A stretch of DNA of 50,916 nt. It comes from a virus. Taxonomy: Duplodnaviria > Caudoviricetes. The notes under the pieces were generated by a model. It searched no databases. It saw only the letters and a program-made list of their open reading frames with translations, and was not told the DNA's origin. This document shows positions 43,150 to 50,916 of this stretch, in pieces. Position numbers and translations under genes: made by a program. Each line of letters begins with the position of its first letter. The stretch's first letter is position 1. Location: the IMG/VR virus record IMGVR_UViG_3300021420_000008, positions 1 through 50,916 of that record; one strand, 5' to 3'.

Positions 43150-43712
43150 TGGTCAATCCTGTGCAAGAGCGCATCCTCAAAGCCTCAACCAAGTCGCCAG
43201 CTGCCCCTCCCTTCAAGTACGTGGAGGGTGCGGAGCAGGGCTACATTTCGATGAGCGTCCCCAGGCAGCGACTTGCGGCGCCGGAGATCCCCGGCTTCCA
43301 CACCCATTGGTTCATGGGCTTGCCCGATCGCGTGCACCAGGCGATGCAGGCGGGCTACACCTGGGTGGATCAAGATGAGGTGGAGCTGAGCGACTTCGAT
43401 CTCGCAGGCGATGGCAGGCCCATCGGCGGGACGGATCTCGGTTCCAGGGTTAGCACCGTTGCCGGAGGTCTCTATGAGGGCACGATGCAGCCTCAGCGTC
43501 TCTATCTGATGAAGATTCCCGAATGGCTCTGGGAAAAGCATCAGAAACCGCTGGATGATATCAACGAAAGCATCGCAGCAGCTCTGCGGGGCGATCGCCC
43601 TGCCATCAGCACTTCAGCCCAAGACGACAAGGCGGCGAGAGGGCAGGACTTCTCCCACCGTTATCAGTCAGACGCAGGGAAAAAGAAGACCCTCTTTCAT
43701 AGAAAGAATTGA
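43134..43712 (+). CDS. conserved head-region protein
   Basis: IPGFHTHWF..GYTWV..LYLMKIP motif; probable start ATG 43149. Confidence 0.6.
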   Translation: MGERVMVNPVQERILKASTKSPAAPPFKYVEGAEQGYISMSVPRQRLAAPEIPGFHTHWFMGLPDRVHQAMQAGYTWVDQDEVELSDFDLAGDGRPIGGTDLGSRVSTVAGGLYEGTMQPQRLYLMKIPEWLWEKHQKPLDDINESIAAALRGDRPAISTSAQDDKAARGQDFSHRYQSDAGKKKTLFHRKN

Positions 43713-43745
43713 AAAGGCTAGGAAACTTCTGAAAGGAGACTCGAA

Positions 43746-44360
43746 ATCGCTAACCTAAACCAACCGTCAGGGTTGGCTCCAGTCCGGTACAAGAATGGTA
43801 ATCCGTGGAACGGAGGAGCGAAGCAGTATTGCATCCTCGCTGCGGACACCAATCAGTATTGGATCGGTGATCCCGTTACCACAATCGGGAACGCCGGAGC
43901 CGACACTTTCGGAGTTCCAGCCGTGACGATCGGCGTAGCCGGCACGGCTGTTCGGGGCGTGATCCTTGGTCTGGGGACCATTCGCAACGGTCCCTATATC
44001 AACCCGAACAACCTCAACGTGCTGCCCACTCGTCCGTCTGGGGCACAAGCTGGAAATTGGTACGCCTTGGTCTGCGACGATCCGGACGTGCTGTTTGAGA
44101 TTCAGGAAGCTGGTGCGGGCTCCGTCCTCACCTCCACTTCAGTGAATCGAAACGTCAACTTCAACCTAGGCACGAGGACCTCCACGCTGACCCTCAGCCC
44201 GACGTTCCTCGACAACAACACAGTCAGCACTACCAGCACGCTGAATCTGAAGATCATCCAGGCCGTTCAGCGCCCCGACAACACGCCGTTTGCCCAGTTC
44301 CAGAAATGGATCGTGACCATCAATAATCACGAGTACTCGGGCGGAACGACCTCACCGTAG
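43746..44360 (+). CDS. capsid decoration/cement-like protein; apparent ATC start at 43746
   Basis: AAAGGAG RBS 7 nt before ATC GCT AAC; ANxNxPxGLxPV N-terminus; VCDDPDVLFEIQ. Confidence 0.65.
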   Translation: MANLNQPSGLAPVRYKNGNPWNGGAKQYCILAADTNQYWIGDPVTTIGNAGADTFGVPAVTIGVAGTAVRGVILGLGTIRNGPYINPNNLNVLPTRPSGAQAGNWYALVCDDPDVLFEIQEAGAGSVLTSTSVNRNVNFNLGTRTSTLTLSPTFLDNNTVSTTSTLNLKIIQAVQRPDNTPFAQFQKWIVTINNHEYSGGTTSP

Positions 44361-44369
44361 GAGGCGAGA

Positions 44370-45290
44370 ATGCCGGCTGGTATTATCAACACAGGCAGTC
44401 ATCCCAAATTGCTGTGGCCAGGCGTCCATGCTACGTGGGGTCAGATTTACGCGGAGCATAAGGCCGAGTACACGGACCTCTACGATTGGGACGACTCGGA
44501 TCAAGCTTATGAGGAAGACCTCCAGATCAGCGGCTTCGGCATGGCCTCAGTCAAGCCTGAGGGAGAGCCCGGAACGTATGACAGCGAGCTGCAGGGCATC
44601 CTCACTCGCTACGTGCCGACGCCCTATTCGTTGGGCTACATCGTCACGCATGAGGAGTTGAAAGACAACCTGTATGATGCAGTAGCTAACAGAAGGGCGA
44701 AGGCAAACGCCTTCTCGATCAATCAGACCATTGAGAACATCTGTGCGTTCCTGTACAATAACGGGTTCGTCACGACTTACTTCGTTGCGGGCGATAATCA
44801 GGCCCTCTTCAGCACAGGTCACACTCAGGTCACGGGAGGGACTTTCAGCAATGCCCTCAGCCCTGCGGCCGACCTCGCGGAGACCTCCCTCGAGGACATC
44901 AGCATTCAGGTCATGGGAGTGCAAACGGATCGGGGGCTGTTCTTTCAAGCCATGCCCGAATCGCTGCACATCCATCGCAATAACTGGTTCAACGCGAATC
45001 GCATCCTCAAGTCGGTGTTGCAACCAGGCGGCAGCAACAATGACATCAATGTGCTGCACGCGACCAACGCATTCCCCAAGGGCATCAAGCTCAACCATTA
45101 CTTCACGAATCCAGGAGCCTGGTTCGTGAGGACTAATGTGCCGAATGGGATGACGGCTTTTTGGCGGGAGAGACCAGAACTGAAAATGGACAACGATTTC
45201 GACACTAAAAACGCAAAAGCTTTGTGCTATTTTCGACTCTCTGTGGGTATAACCGATCCGCGCGGCGCTTATGCGTCGAACGGGCCGTGA
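44370..45290 (+). CDS. major capsid protein
   Basis: AGGAGG RBS; KLLWPGV, KPEG, GYIVTHEELKDNLY, GDNQALFSTGH, DPRGAYASNG; 306 aa. Confidence 0.88.
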   Translation: MPAGIINTGSHPKLLWPGVHATWGQIYAEHKAEYTDLYDWDDSDQAYEEDLQISGFGMASVKPEGEPGTYDSELQGILTRYVPTPYSLGYIVTHEELKDNLYDAVANRRAKANAFSINQTIENICAFLYNNGFVTTYFVAGDNQALFSTGHTQVTGGTFSNALSPAADLAETSLEDISIQVMGVQTDRGLFFQAMPESLHIHRNNWFNANRILKSVLQPGGSNNDINVLHATNAFPKGIKLNHYFTNPGAWFVRTNVPNGMTAFWRERPELKMDNDFDTKNAKALCYFRLSVGITDPRGAYASNGP

Positions 45291-45399
45291 GGAGTTAGTG
45301 AGAGAAAACGTGGACACCGATGCGTGTGCAAACGTGTCCACGATTTAATACTCCGCTTCCAGCAATTCCGCTGGGGCGTCTCGACTGGAGATTCGAGGA

Positions 45400-46623
45400 A
45401 TGAGTACAGGTGCATCACCAACATTCAGCAACTTCCCTGGTGGGTTTGCCAATGGGCTCTCAGTGAGAGGGATGCCATTGATGCAAATGCAGCCAGGCCA
45501 AGTGTTCTATCTGGGCAACGGCCCGGCACTGATCCAAGGCGCTCGGGGAGGTAGCGATGGGAATAGGGGGACTTTCCTCTCGCCCTACGCGACACTGCAG
45601 GGCGCTCTCAACTCCGCTTCCAGCGGCTCGGGCAATCTCTCCTCCAACCAGGGCATTCAGGACGGCCGAGGCGACATCATCTTCATCCTCCCCGGTCACC
45701 GAGAGACGATTACCTCCGCTACGGCCTTGAGCCTCAACCAAGCTGGAGTGGCGATTATTGGTCTTGGTGCCGGCCTGCTCCGGCCGACATTCGTTCTCAG
45801 CACCGCAACCACCGCAACTATCAACGTGCTTGCTGCGGGAATGTCGATGCAGAATTGCTTGTTCCTGGCGAATTTCGCCGGGATTGCTTCGGTGTTCACC
45901 GCAGCGAACGCGAGCTTCACCGCCGTTATCGCTGGCAACTTAATGACCACCAGCTCGGTGACCGGCACGATCAATTCCGGAGCCACGATTGCTGGCACAG
46001 GTATCCTACCTGGAATCATGATCCTCAACCAAGTAAGCGGCACGGTGGGCGGAGCCGGCGTCTACACGCTGAGCCAATCGCTCACCTTCGCCTCCGGCTC
46101 CGTCACGTCGATGACTCCAGACTTCGCCATCGACAACTGTGAGTTTCGTGACATCTCGACCGTTCTCAACTTCGTCACGATCTTCTCCGGTGCTTCGACA
46201 ACCAACGCTTGCGACGGATTCCAGTTCACCCGCAACCGCGTCTTCAGCCTCGGTAACACTACCGGGACAACCTGTATCAAGCCCCTCGCGCGTGCGGACA
46301 GGATGCAGCTGAACAGCAACTTCGTCGATATGGGAATCTTGAACGATACACCCATCTTGCTCACGGGAGGTGTCTACAATCATCAAGATCTGGAAATTGG
46401 CTGGAACATCCTCAATCGCCCAAACACCTCAGCCACCGGTGGCCTGATGATGTCGAGTTCGGCCACCAGCTGCACGGGACACGTCCACGACAACTACGTT
46501 TGGAGCCTTGTCGCTACGCCCTTGCTGGCTCCCACCGGTACGAAGTTGGCGTTTGACCAAAACTATGTGAACAACACCGGTGCAGCGGACAAGTCCGGCC
46601 TGATTCTTCCAGCTACAGCCTAA
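45400..46623 (+). CDS. beta-helix-containing virion protein (head fibre/spike candidate)
   Basis: PYATLQGAL, GRGDIIFILPGHRE beta-helix entry; Asn/Thr/Gly-rich. Confidence 0.6.
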   Translation: MSTGASPTFSNFPGGFANGLSVRGMPLMQMQPGQVFYLGNGPALIQGARGGSDGNRGTFLSPYATLQGALNSASSGSGNLSSNQGIQDGRGDIIFILPGHRETITSATALSLNQAGVAIIGLGAGLLRPTFVLSTATTATINVLAAGMSMQNCLFLANFAGIASVFTAANASFTAVIAGNLMTTSSVTGTINSGATIAGTGILPGIMILNQVSGTVGGAGVYTLSQSLTFASGSVTSMTPDFAIDNCEFRDISTVLNFVTIFSGASTTNACDGFQFTRNRVFSLGNTTGTTCIKPLARADRMQLNSNFVDMGILNDTPILLTGGVYNHQDLEIGWNILNRPNTSATGGLMMSSSATSCTGHVHDNYVWSLVATPLLAPTGTKLAFDQNYVNNTGAADKSGLILPATA

Positions 46624-46641
46624 CCTCTCTCGGAGAACGAA

Positions 46642-47349
46642 ATGTCACAAGCATTGCAGAACGCGAACTATCCTGTCAGCGGCTCGATCAAGGTATCGAA
46701 CATCTTTCCTGGCGACTACGGCGCGTGCGACGAAGGCTCCTTCTACACTGCGAGTCTAGCTGCAACAGCCTCTACCGCGGTTGCAACCACAACCCAGGCT
46801 CTGGGCAAGACCAATCCTGTTCTGGCTATCATCAACCCCTATCCCGTCGGCGGACCGGGGAGCTTTAACATGTATCTTCGCTACGTCAAGCTGGTGATGT
46901 CCGTCGTATCAGGCACTAGTACCTTCATCGCTCACGTTGGAACGCTGGACAATGTGAATCCAAAGCTTTCAACGGTGGGAACTGTCTTCGGCGTAGGTCC
47001 AAACAACACGAATTCTAACTCGGGAACGACTTCGAGGGCTTCCCTCTACGGCGGAGTCAACATCGCCGTAGGCGATACCTCGCAAGGTAGAACCGTCCAC
47101 ACCGGCTTTGTCACCAATGGCCTGCCCGTAGCGTTCGACACCTATACTCTCGCCTTTGGTGAGCCAGTAACAGCAATGAATCTGATTGGAACAATGACCT
47201 TGGTCAAGCTTATCACGATTCCCGTACCTCCCGTCATCATCGCTCCAGGATGGACCTACACGCTGGGCCTGTGGGGCACCGGCACAGCGGCCAGTGCTGC
47301 AACCTACTACATGGATGTTGGCTGGATCGAGCGTCCACAGGGCCAGTAG
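46642..47349 (+). CDS. virion structural protein
   Basis: GGAG RBS, beta-rich, PPVIIAPG. Confidence 0.55.
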   Translation: MSQALQNANYPVSGSIKVSNIFPGDYGACDEGSFYTASLAATASTAVATTTQALGKTNPVLAIINPYPVGGPGSFNMYLRYVKLVMSVVSGTSTFIAHVGTLDNVNPKLSTVGTVFGVGPNNTNSNSGTTSRASLYGGVNIAVGDTSQGRTVHTGFVTNGLPVAFDTYTLAFGEPVTAMNLIGTMTLVKLITIPVPPVIIAPGWTYTLGLWGTGTAASAATYYMDVGWIERPQGQ

Positions 47350-47358
47350 GAGATCGTT

Positions 47359-47772
47359 ATGGCTAACGTCACTGACTATCAGATCACTGAAGAGGGCCCT
47401 AGGAACGCGGTCATCAAGCTGACCGGCGTACTCGATAGCAGTGACGTCTACCTCCGACCAGCTGTTGCCTTGAGCATGTTCAACAGCAACGAGCCCAACG
47501 CACGGCTGGTCGGACTCAGGGTGGATCTGATCGAGTTCTCCGTCGGCAACACGCTGGAAGTGTTCCTTGAGTGGCAAGCGGCTTCGCCGCAGCAGATCTT
47601 CAATCTCTCCCGGAGCGGGAAGATTCACAGTTATGGATATGGGGGTTTTGTGCCTGATCAATTGCGATCGGGCTATACAGGGGACATTAATCTCCGCAGC
47701 GCGGGATTTCCCGCCGGTACGATTCAGAGTTATACGGTGGTGCTCGAACTTGTGAAGCTGTACAAAGCCTGA
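47359..47772 (+). CDS. virion structural protein
   Basis: AGGAG RBS; GPRNAVIKLTG, TGDI, YTVVLELVK. Confidence 0.6.
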   Translation: MANVTDYQITEEGPRNAVIKLTGVLDSSDVYLRPAVALSMFNSNEPNARLVGLRVDLIEFSVGNTLEVFLEWQAASPQQIFNLSRSGKIHSYGYGGFVPDQLRSGYTGDINLRSAGFPAGTIQSYTVVLELVKLYKA

Positions 47773-48494
47773 TGGCTGCTGTAACGCCGCTGAATTTTAA
47801 TACCGCAGAACTCGCTATTCGAGATGCTATGCGAGAGGCGCAGCTGATTGAGAAGACGGCGAATCCCTCCAGTGAGGACTATGCTGTTCATATCACTCGG
47901 CTGAACCAAATGATCCAGCTCTGGACTACGCAGGGCCTCAAGCTCTTCCTGTGGAAGGACATTGCTCCCACGCTGGTGGCAGGTACGCAGGTCTATCCCA
48001 TCACCAGTACCTTTGTGAACATGAGCACCAACCCGCAGCAGATGCGGGAGGCCTATTACCTCTATCCGAATGGATCGCAGTACTTTCTTATCCCCTTCTC
48101 GTGGAACGAATGGAACACACTCTCCACCCGATCGCAACAGGGCCAGCCGACGAACTTCTTCGTCGACAAACAGGCAACAGCGTTTAACGTGAGCTTGTGG
48201 CCCATTCCGGACGCTACAGCCGCTCTGGGCACAGCTCATTTCCTCGTGCGGCAGCGAGCCCCGCAGATGTTGCAGATCAACGAGCAAACGCTGTTCCCAA
48301 CGGAGTGGTTCCTCGCCTTGATGTGGGGGCTTGCGGAGGAGATCTGTACGGGCCAGCCCGATTCAATTGTGACTCGCTGCACGGTGAAGTCCGTTACCTA
48401 TAGGGAGATGCTTGAAGGATTCGATGTGGAGGATGCAAACACGCAGTTTCAGCCTGATCCCAGGGCTGGCTACCACCTGTCGAGATTCCGATGA
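47772..48494 (+). CDS. head-tail adaptor (P22 gp4 / tail tubular A-like)
   Basis: LNQMIQLW..GL.LW, GQPTNFF, LWPIPD, FPTEWFLALMWGLA. Confidence 0.7.
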   Translation: MAAVTPLNFNTAELAIRDAMREAQLIEKTANPSSEDYAVHITRLNQMIQLWTTQGLKLFLWKDIAPTLVAGTQVYPITSTFVNMSTNPQQMREAYYLYPNGSQYFLIPFSWNEWNTLSTRSQQGQPTNFFVDKQATAFNVSLWPIPDATAALGTAHFLVRQRAPQMLQINEQTLFPTEWFLALMWGLAEEICTGQPDSIVTRCTVKSVTYREMLEGFDVEDANTQFQPDPRAGYHLSRFR

Positions 48495-49993
48495 GCGCGC
48501 AACCGCAGAAGGGTCCACTTCCCAGGCTCCCGCTCGTAGTTCCCTTCGAGTCGAGGGGAGGCGACACGGCGCAGAAGGATCCCCGCCTCATCAACGCCTA
48601 TGGCGAGCGGCTTGAGGACGGGACTTATCGAGTGCTGAAGCGTCAGGGAGTCGCCAGCTACCTAACCTTCGGCGCCCTTCCCGGGGGCTATGCTTATGCT
48701 TATTCGATGGGCAGCTTCGTCATCCAGGTTCCTGGCCGGCTCACGCTCTTAACCTTCGTCGCTGGCACTTTGGGCCCTGTTGCGCACCTTTTCGTGGCAG
48801 GGACGCCTGTGTCCGGTCCCGCCGGCAGCTACGTTGATACCGGATTTGGCCTCTCTTTCGGAGCTTTTCCAAATCTGGCTGTGAGCTGCTCCTCCTACAG
48901 CGCCTCCCGAACAGTTGTGAATCTCGGCTTAGGCTCCAACGATGTCCTCGTGTTCAACTCCCTCGGGGCGCTGGTCGCTACCGTCGCCACTCCCTCAGGC
49001 GCGCTCGTACCGGGGCTGGCTAATCTGGACGACACTGTTTATGTGATGGACAACACAGCGACGATCTGGGGTTCGAATGTGGGCGACGCAACTACCTGGT
49101 CTGGACTCAATTTCATCCAGGCCCTCGACGAGGCCGGAGCGGGGGTCTACTTGGCAAAACACCACAGCTACGTGGTTGCGCTCAAGTCATTCTCCGCCGA
49201 ATTCTTCTACGACAATGTCAATCCAACCGGCAGCCCGCTGAATGAGGTGCCTAACAGCACCATTCACTGGGGCTGCGCTGACCCTTATACTGTGCAGGTC
49301 CTCGGCAACCAGCTCTTCTGGCTCGCCTGCGAACGTAAGGGGGCTCCCTTCATCGCGATGCTGGATAATATGCAGCCGATTAAGGTCTCTACCCCCGGAA
49401 TCGATAAGATGCTGGGCGATGCAGCTGGCACCTTCACCTCCTTCGGCTTTCGGAACTCCTCCGGCCATCAGCACTACGGGATAACCTCCCTCACTCAGGG
49501 CTTCACCCTCGTCTACGACATAGGGGAGAAGCTCTGGTCTCAGTGGAACTCCCCTGGAAGCGCCTATTTCCCCTTCACTTTCGCTGTCGTTCAGCCAAAT
49601 TCCAGCACGATTGCCAATCTGTTGCTCCTGTCCAGCACAGATCCTACCAAGGCCGCCACTCTCTATCAGATGGATGAAGACTTCACGACGGATGTGGCTG
49701 GCTCCTTCGGCGTAGACATCTACACCCCGAACACAGACCTCGGAACGCGTAGGCGTAAGGTCATGATGCGAATGGACTTCCTCGCAGATCAGCAGCCAGC
49801 CTACTTGCAAGTCCGTCATAGCGAGGATGATTTCAAGACTTTTAGCCAATTTCGACAGGTTGATCTCAACCAGAAGCGACCCAATCTGACCAACTGTGGC
49901 ACCTTCCGCCGAAGGGCCTATCACATGCATCACAACGCACCCTACGCGTTGCGGCTCGAAGCTGTCGAGCTGGATGTGCTCTTAGGAGCCTAG
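48491..49993 (+). CDS. tail nozzle / packaged-DNA stabilisation protein (P22 gp10-like)
   Basis: Beta-propeller-like; KVSTPGIDKML, TLVYDIGEKLWSQW, CGTFRRRAY. Confidence 0.75.
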   Translation: MSAQPQKGPLPRLPLVVPFESRGGDTAQKDPRLINAYGERLEDGTYRVLKRQGVASYLTFGALPGGYAYAYSMGSFVIQVPGRLTLLTFVAGTLGPVAHLFVAGTPVSGPAGSYVDTGFGLSFGAFPNLAVSCSSYSASRTVVNLGLGSNDVLVFNSLGALVATVATPSGALVPGLANLDDTVYVMDNTATIWGSNVGDATTWSGLNFIQALDEAGAGVYLAKHHSYVVALKSFSAEFFYDNVNPTGSPLNEVPNSTIHWGCADPYTVQVLGNQLFWLACERKGAPFIAMLDNMQPIKVSTPGIDKMLGDAAGTFTSFGFRNSSGHQHYGITSLTQGFTLVYDIGEKLWSQWNSPGSAYFPFTFAVVQPNSSTIANLLLLSSTDPTKAATLYQMDEDFTTDVAGSFGVDIYTPNTDLGTRRRKVMMRMDFLADQQPAYLQVRHSEDDFKTFSQFRQVDLNQKRPNLTNCGTFRRRAYHMHHNAPYALRLEAVELDVLLGA

Positions 49994-50916
49994 GTGTCTG
50001 TCGCTCCCGGACCTCCGCCGCTTCGAGTGCCAATGTACGAAGGCGAAGCACTCAATCCGCTGTGGGAGCGGTGGTTCATCTCGCTGTGGCGAGCGACTGG
50101 TTTTAGCCCACCGGGTGGGACGGGAGTGGCGGAGCTGATTGCGGGAGCGAATATCAGCATTAATCCCTCGGTTGGTACAGGAATAGTAACAATCAGTTCC
50201 GCTGCAGCAAGTGGATTCTTCGCTCTCGATGGGCTGGATGGTGAGGAGGGAATGCCGATTCCTGGTCCGCCGGGAGCTTCTGGCACGTTTGGTGGTCCAG
50301 GGCCACAAGGCATTCCCGGTATCGGCCTCGATGGAGCTGACCCGGACGAGTTCTTCATCGTACCAGGACCAGCGGGAGCGGCAGGAGCTGCCGGAGCACC
50401 AGGTTCCGTTGGTCCTCAGGGCATGATAGGAATTGGCCTTGATGGTGCGGATGCAGATGATCTGCTACATCTCCCTGGTCCTGCTGGAGCAGCTGGGGCG
50501 CAAGGACCTATCGGCCCTCAAGGCATGATTGGCATAGGACTTGATGGCGCTGATGGCGACGAGGGTATGCCGATCCCCGGGCCGCTCGGTCCAACTGGGC
50601 TGCAGGGCTTACAGGGGCTTCAGGGGATTCCAGGCATCGGTTTCGACGGGGCCGATGCGGACGATCTGTTGCACATCCCGGGGCAAACTGGCTCGACTGG
50701 AGCTACTGGCGCACAGGGCATTCCTGGCATTGGCCTCGACGGTGCAGATCCTGACGAGAGCATGTCAGCTCTCCGAAGCCTAGATGGCATAGTCCTGGGC
50801 AACATCTCTCGCTTGGTGATCAATGGGCCTGCCATAGCAGTAGGCGATTCTCTATTGGTCTTCGGGGGCTTCACCGGCGCCGGTACCCTGAAGCTCATCA
50901 CCTTCAGCGATGCAGC
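49994..50916 (+). CDS. collagen-like tail fibre, N-terminal part (continues to 764)
   Basis: GTG with AGGAG RBS; NPLWERWF N-terminus; Gly-X-Y runs interrupted by GIGLDGAD repeats; no stop before the window end. Confidence 0.8.
   Translation, partial: MSVAPGPPPLRVPMYEGEALNPLWERWFISLWRATGFSPPGGTGVAELIAGANISINPSVGTGIVTISSAAASGFFALDGLDGEEGMPIPGPPGASGTFGGPGPQGIPGIGLDGADPDEFFIVPGPAGAAGAAGAPGSVGPQGMIGIGLDGADADDLLHLPGPAGAAGAQGPIGPQGMIGIGLDGADGDEGMPIPGPLGPTGLQGLQGLQGIPGIGFDGADADDLLHIPGQTGSTGATGAQGIPGIGLDGADPDESMSALRSLDGIVLGNISRLVINGPAIAVGDSLLVFGGFTGAGTLKLITFSDA
50790..50916. repeat. 127-nt terminal direct repeat, copy 2
   Basis: Identical to 1-127. Confidence 0.95.

Noticed and set aside
50215-50765. 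Fibre repeats as a DGR template/variable pair or CRISPR array
   Set aside because: No reverse transcriptase; repeats are in-frame protein repeats with synonymous divergence, not adenine-specific changes
50790-50916. 127-nt terminal repeat as a biological direct terminal repeat
   Set aside because: It falls in the middle of the fibre gene and its length equals a common assembly k-mer, so it is best explained as circular overlap
1-50916. Alternative genetic code or stop-codon reassignment
   Set aside because: Core genes are intact and tightly packed under the standard bacterial code, using all three stop codons

Overview
The window is a complete, circularly assembled genome (about 50,789 bp) of a tailed dsDNA podovirus-like phage of a Gram-negative host. 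The last 127 nt (50790-50916) exactly repeat positions 1-127, and an Rz/Rz1 spanin pair indicates an outer membrane. The + strand late arm (35968-50916, continuing 1-14645) encodes TerS, TerL, portal, a GroES-like protein, scaffold, capsid, P22 gp4/gp10-like tail proteins, a collagen-like fibre spanning the junction, a cupin, an Asp/Pro-hydroxylase-like dioxygenase, three ejection proteins, a PurD-like ATP-grasp ligase, a tailspike and a lysis cassette. The - strand early/middle arm (35409 down to 14642) has many small genes, a Cas4-like nuclease, a Sak4-like ATPase, an SSB-like protein, a ParB-methyltransferase fusion, an HNH endonuclease, a UDG-fused family A DNA polymerase and a DUF3987-like ATPase. 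I recognised no integrase, RNA polymerase, primase, tRNA, CRISPR array or reverse transcriptase. The most notable observations are: an unannotated 40-aa double-glycine-leader peptide; a divergent ATP-grasp ligase and hydroxylases in the virion operon; a PolA with Asp at the steric gate and His at position 762; a stand-alone RanBP2-type zinc finger; a symmetric origin-like element; a repeated operator-like 13-mer; and an apparent ATC start codon. All family assignments come from motif recognition by eye, not database searches.
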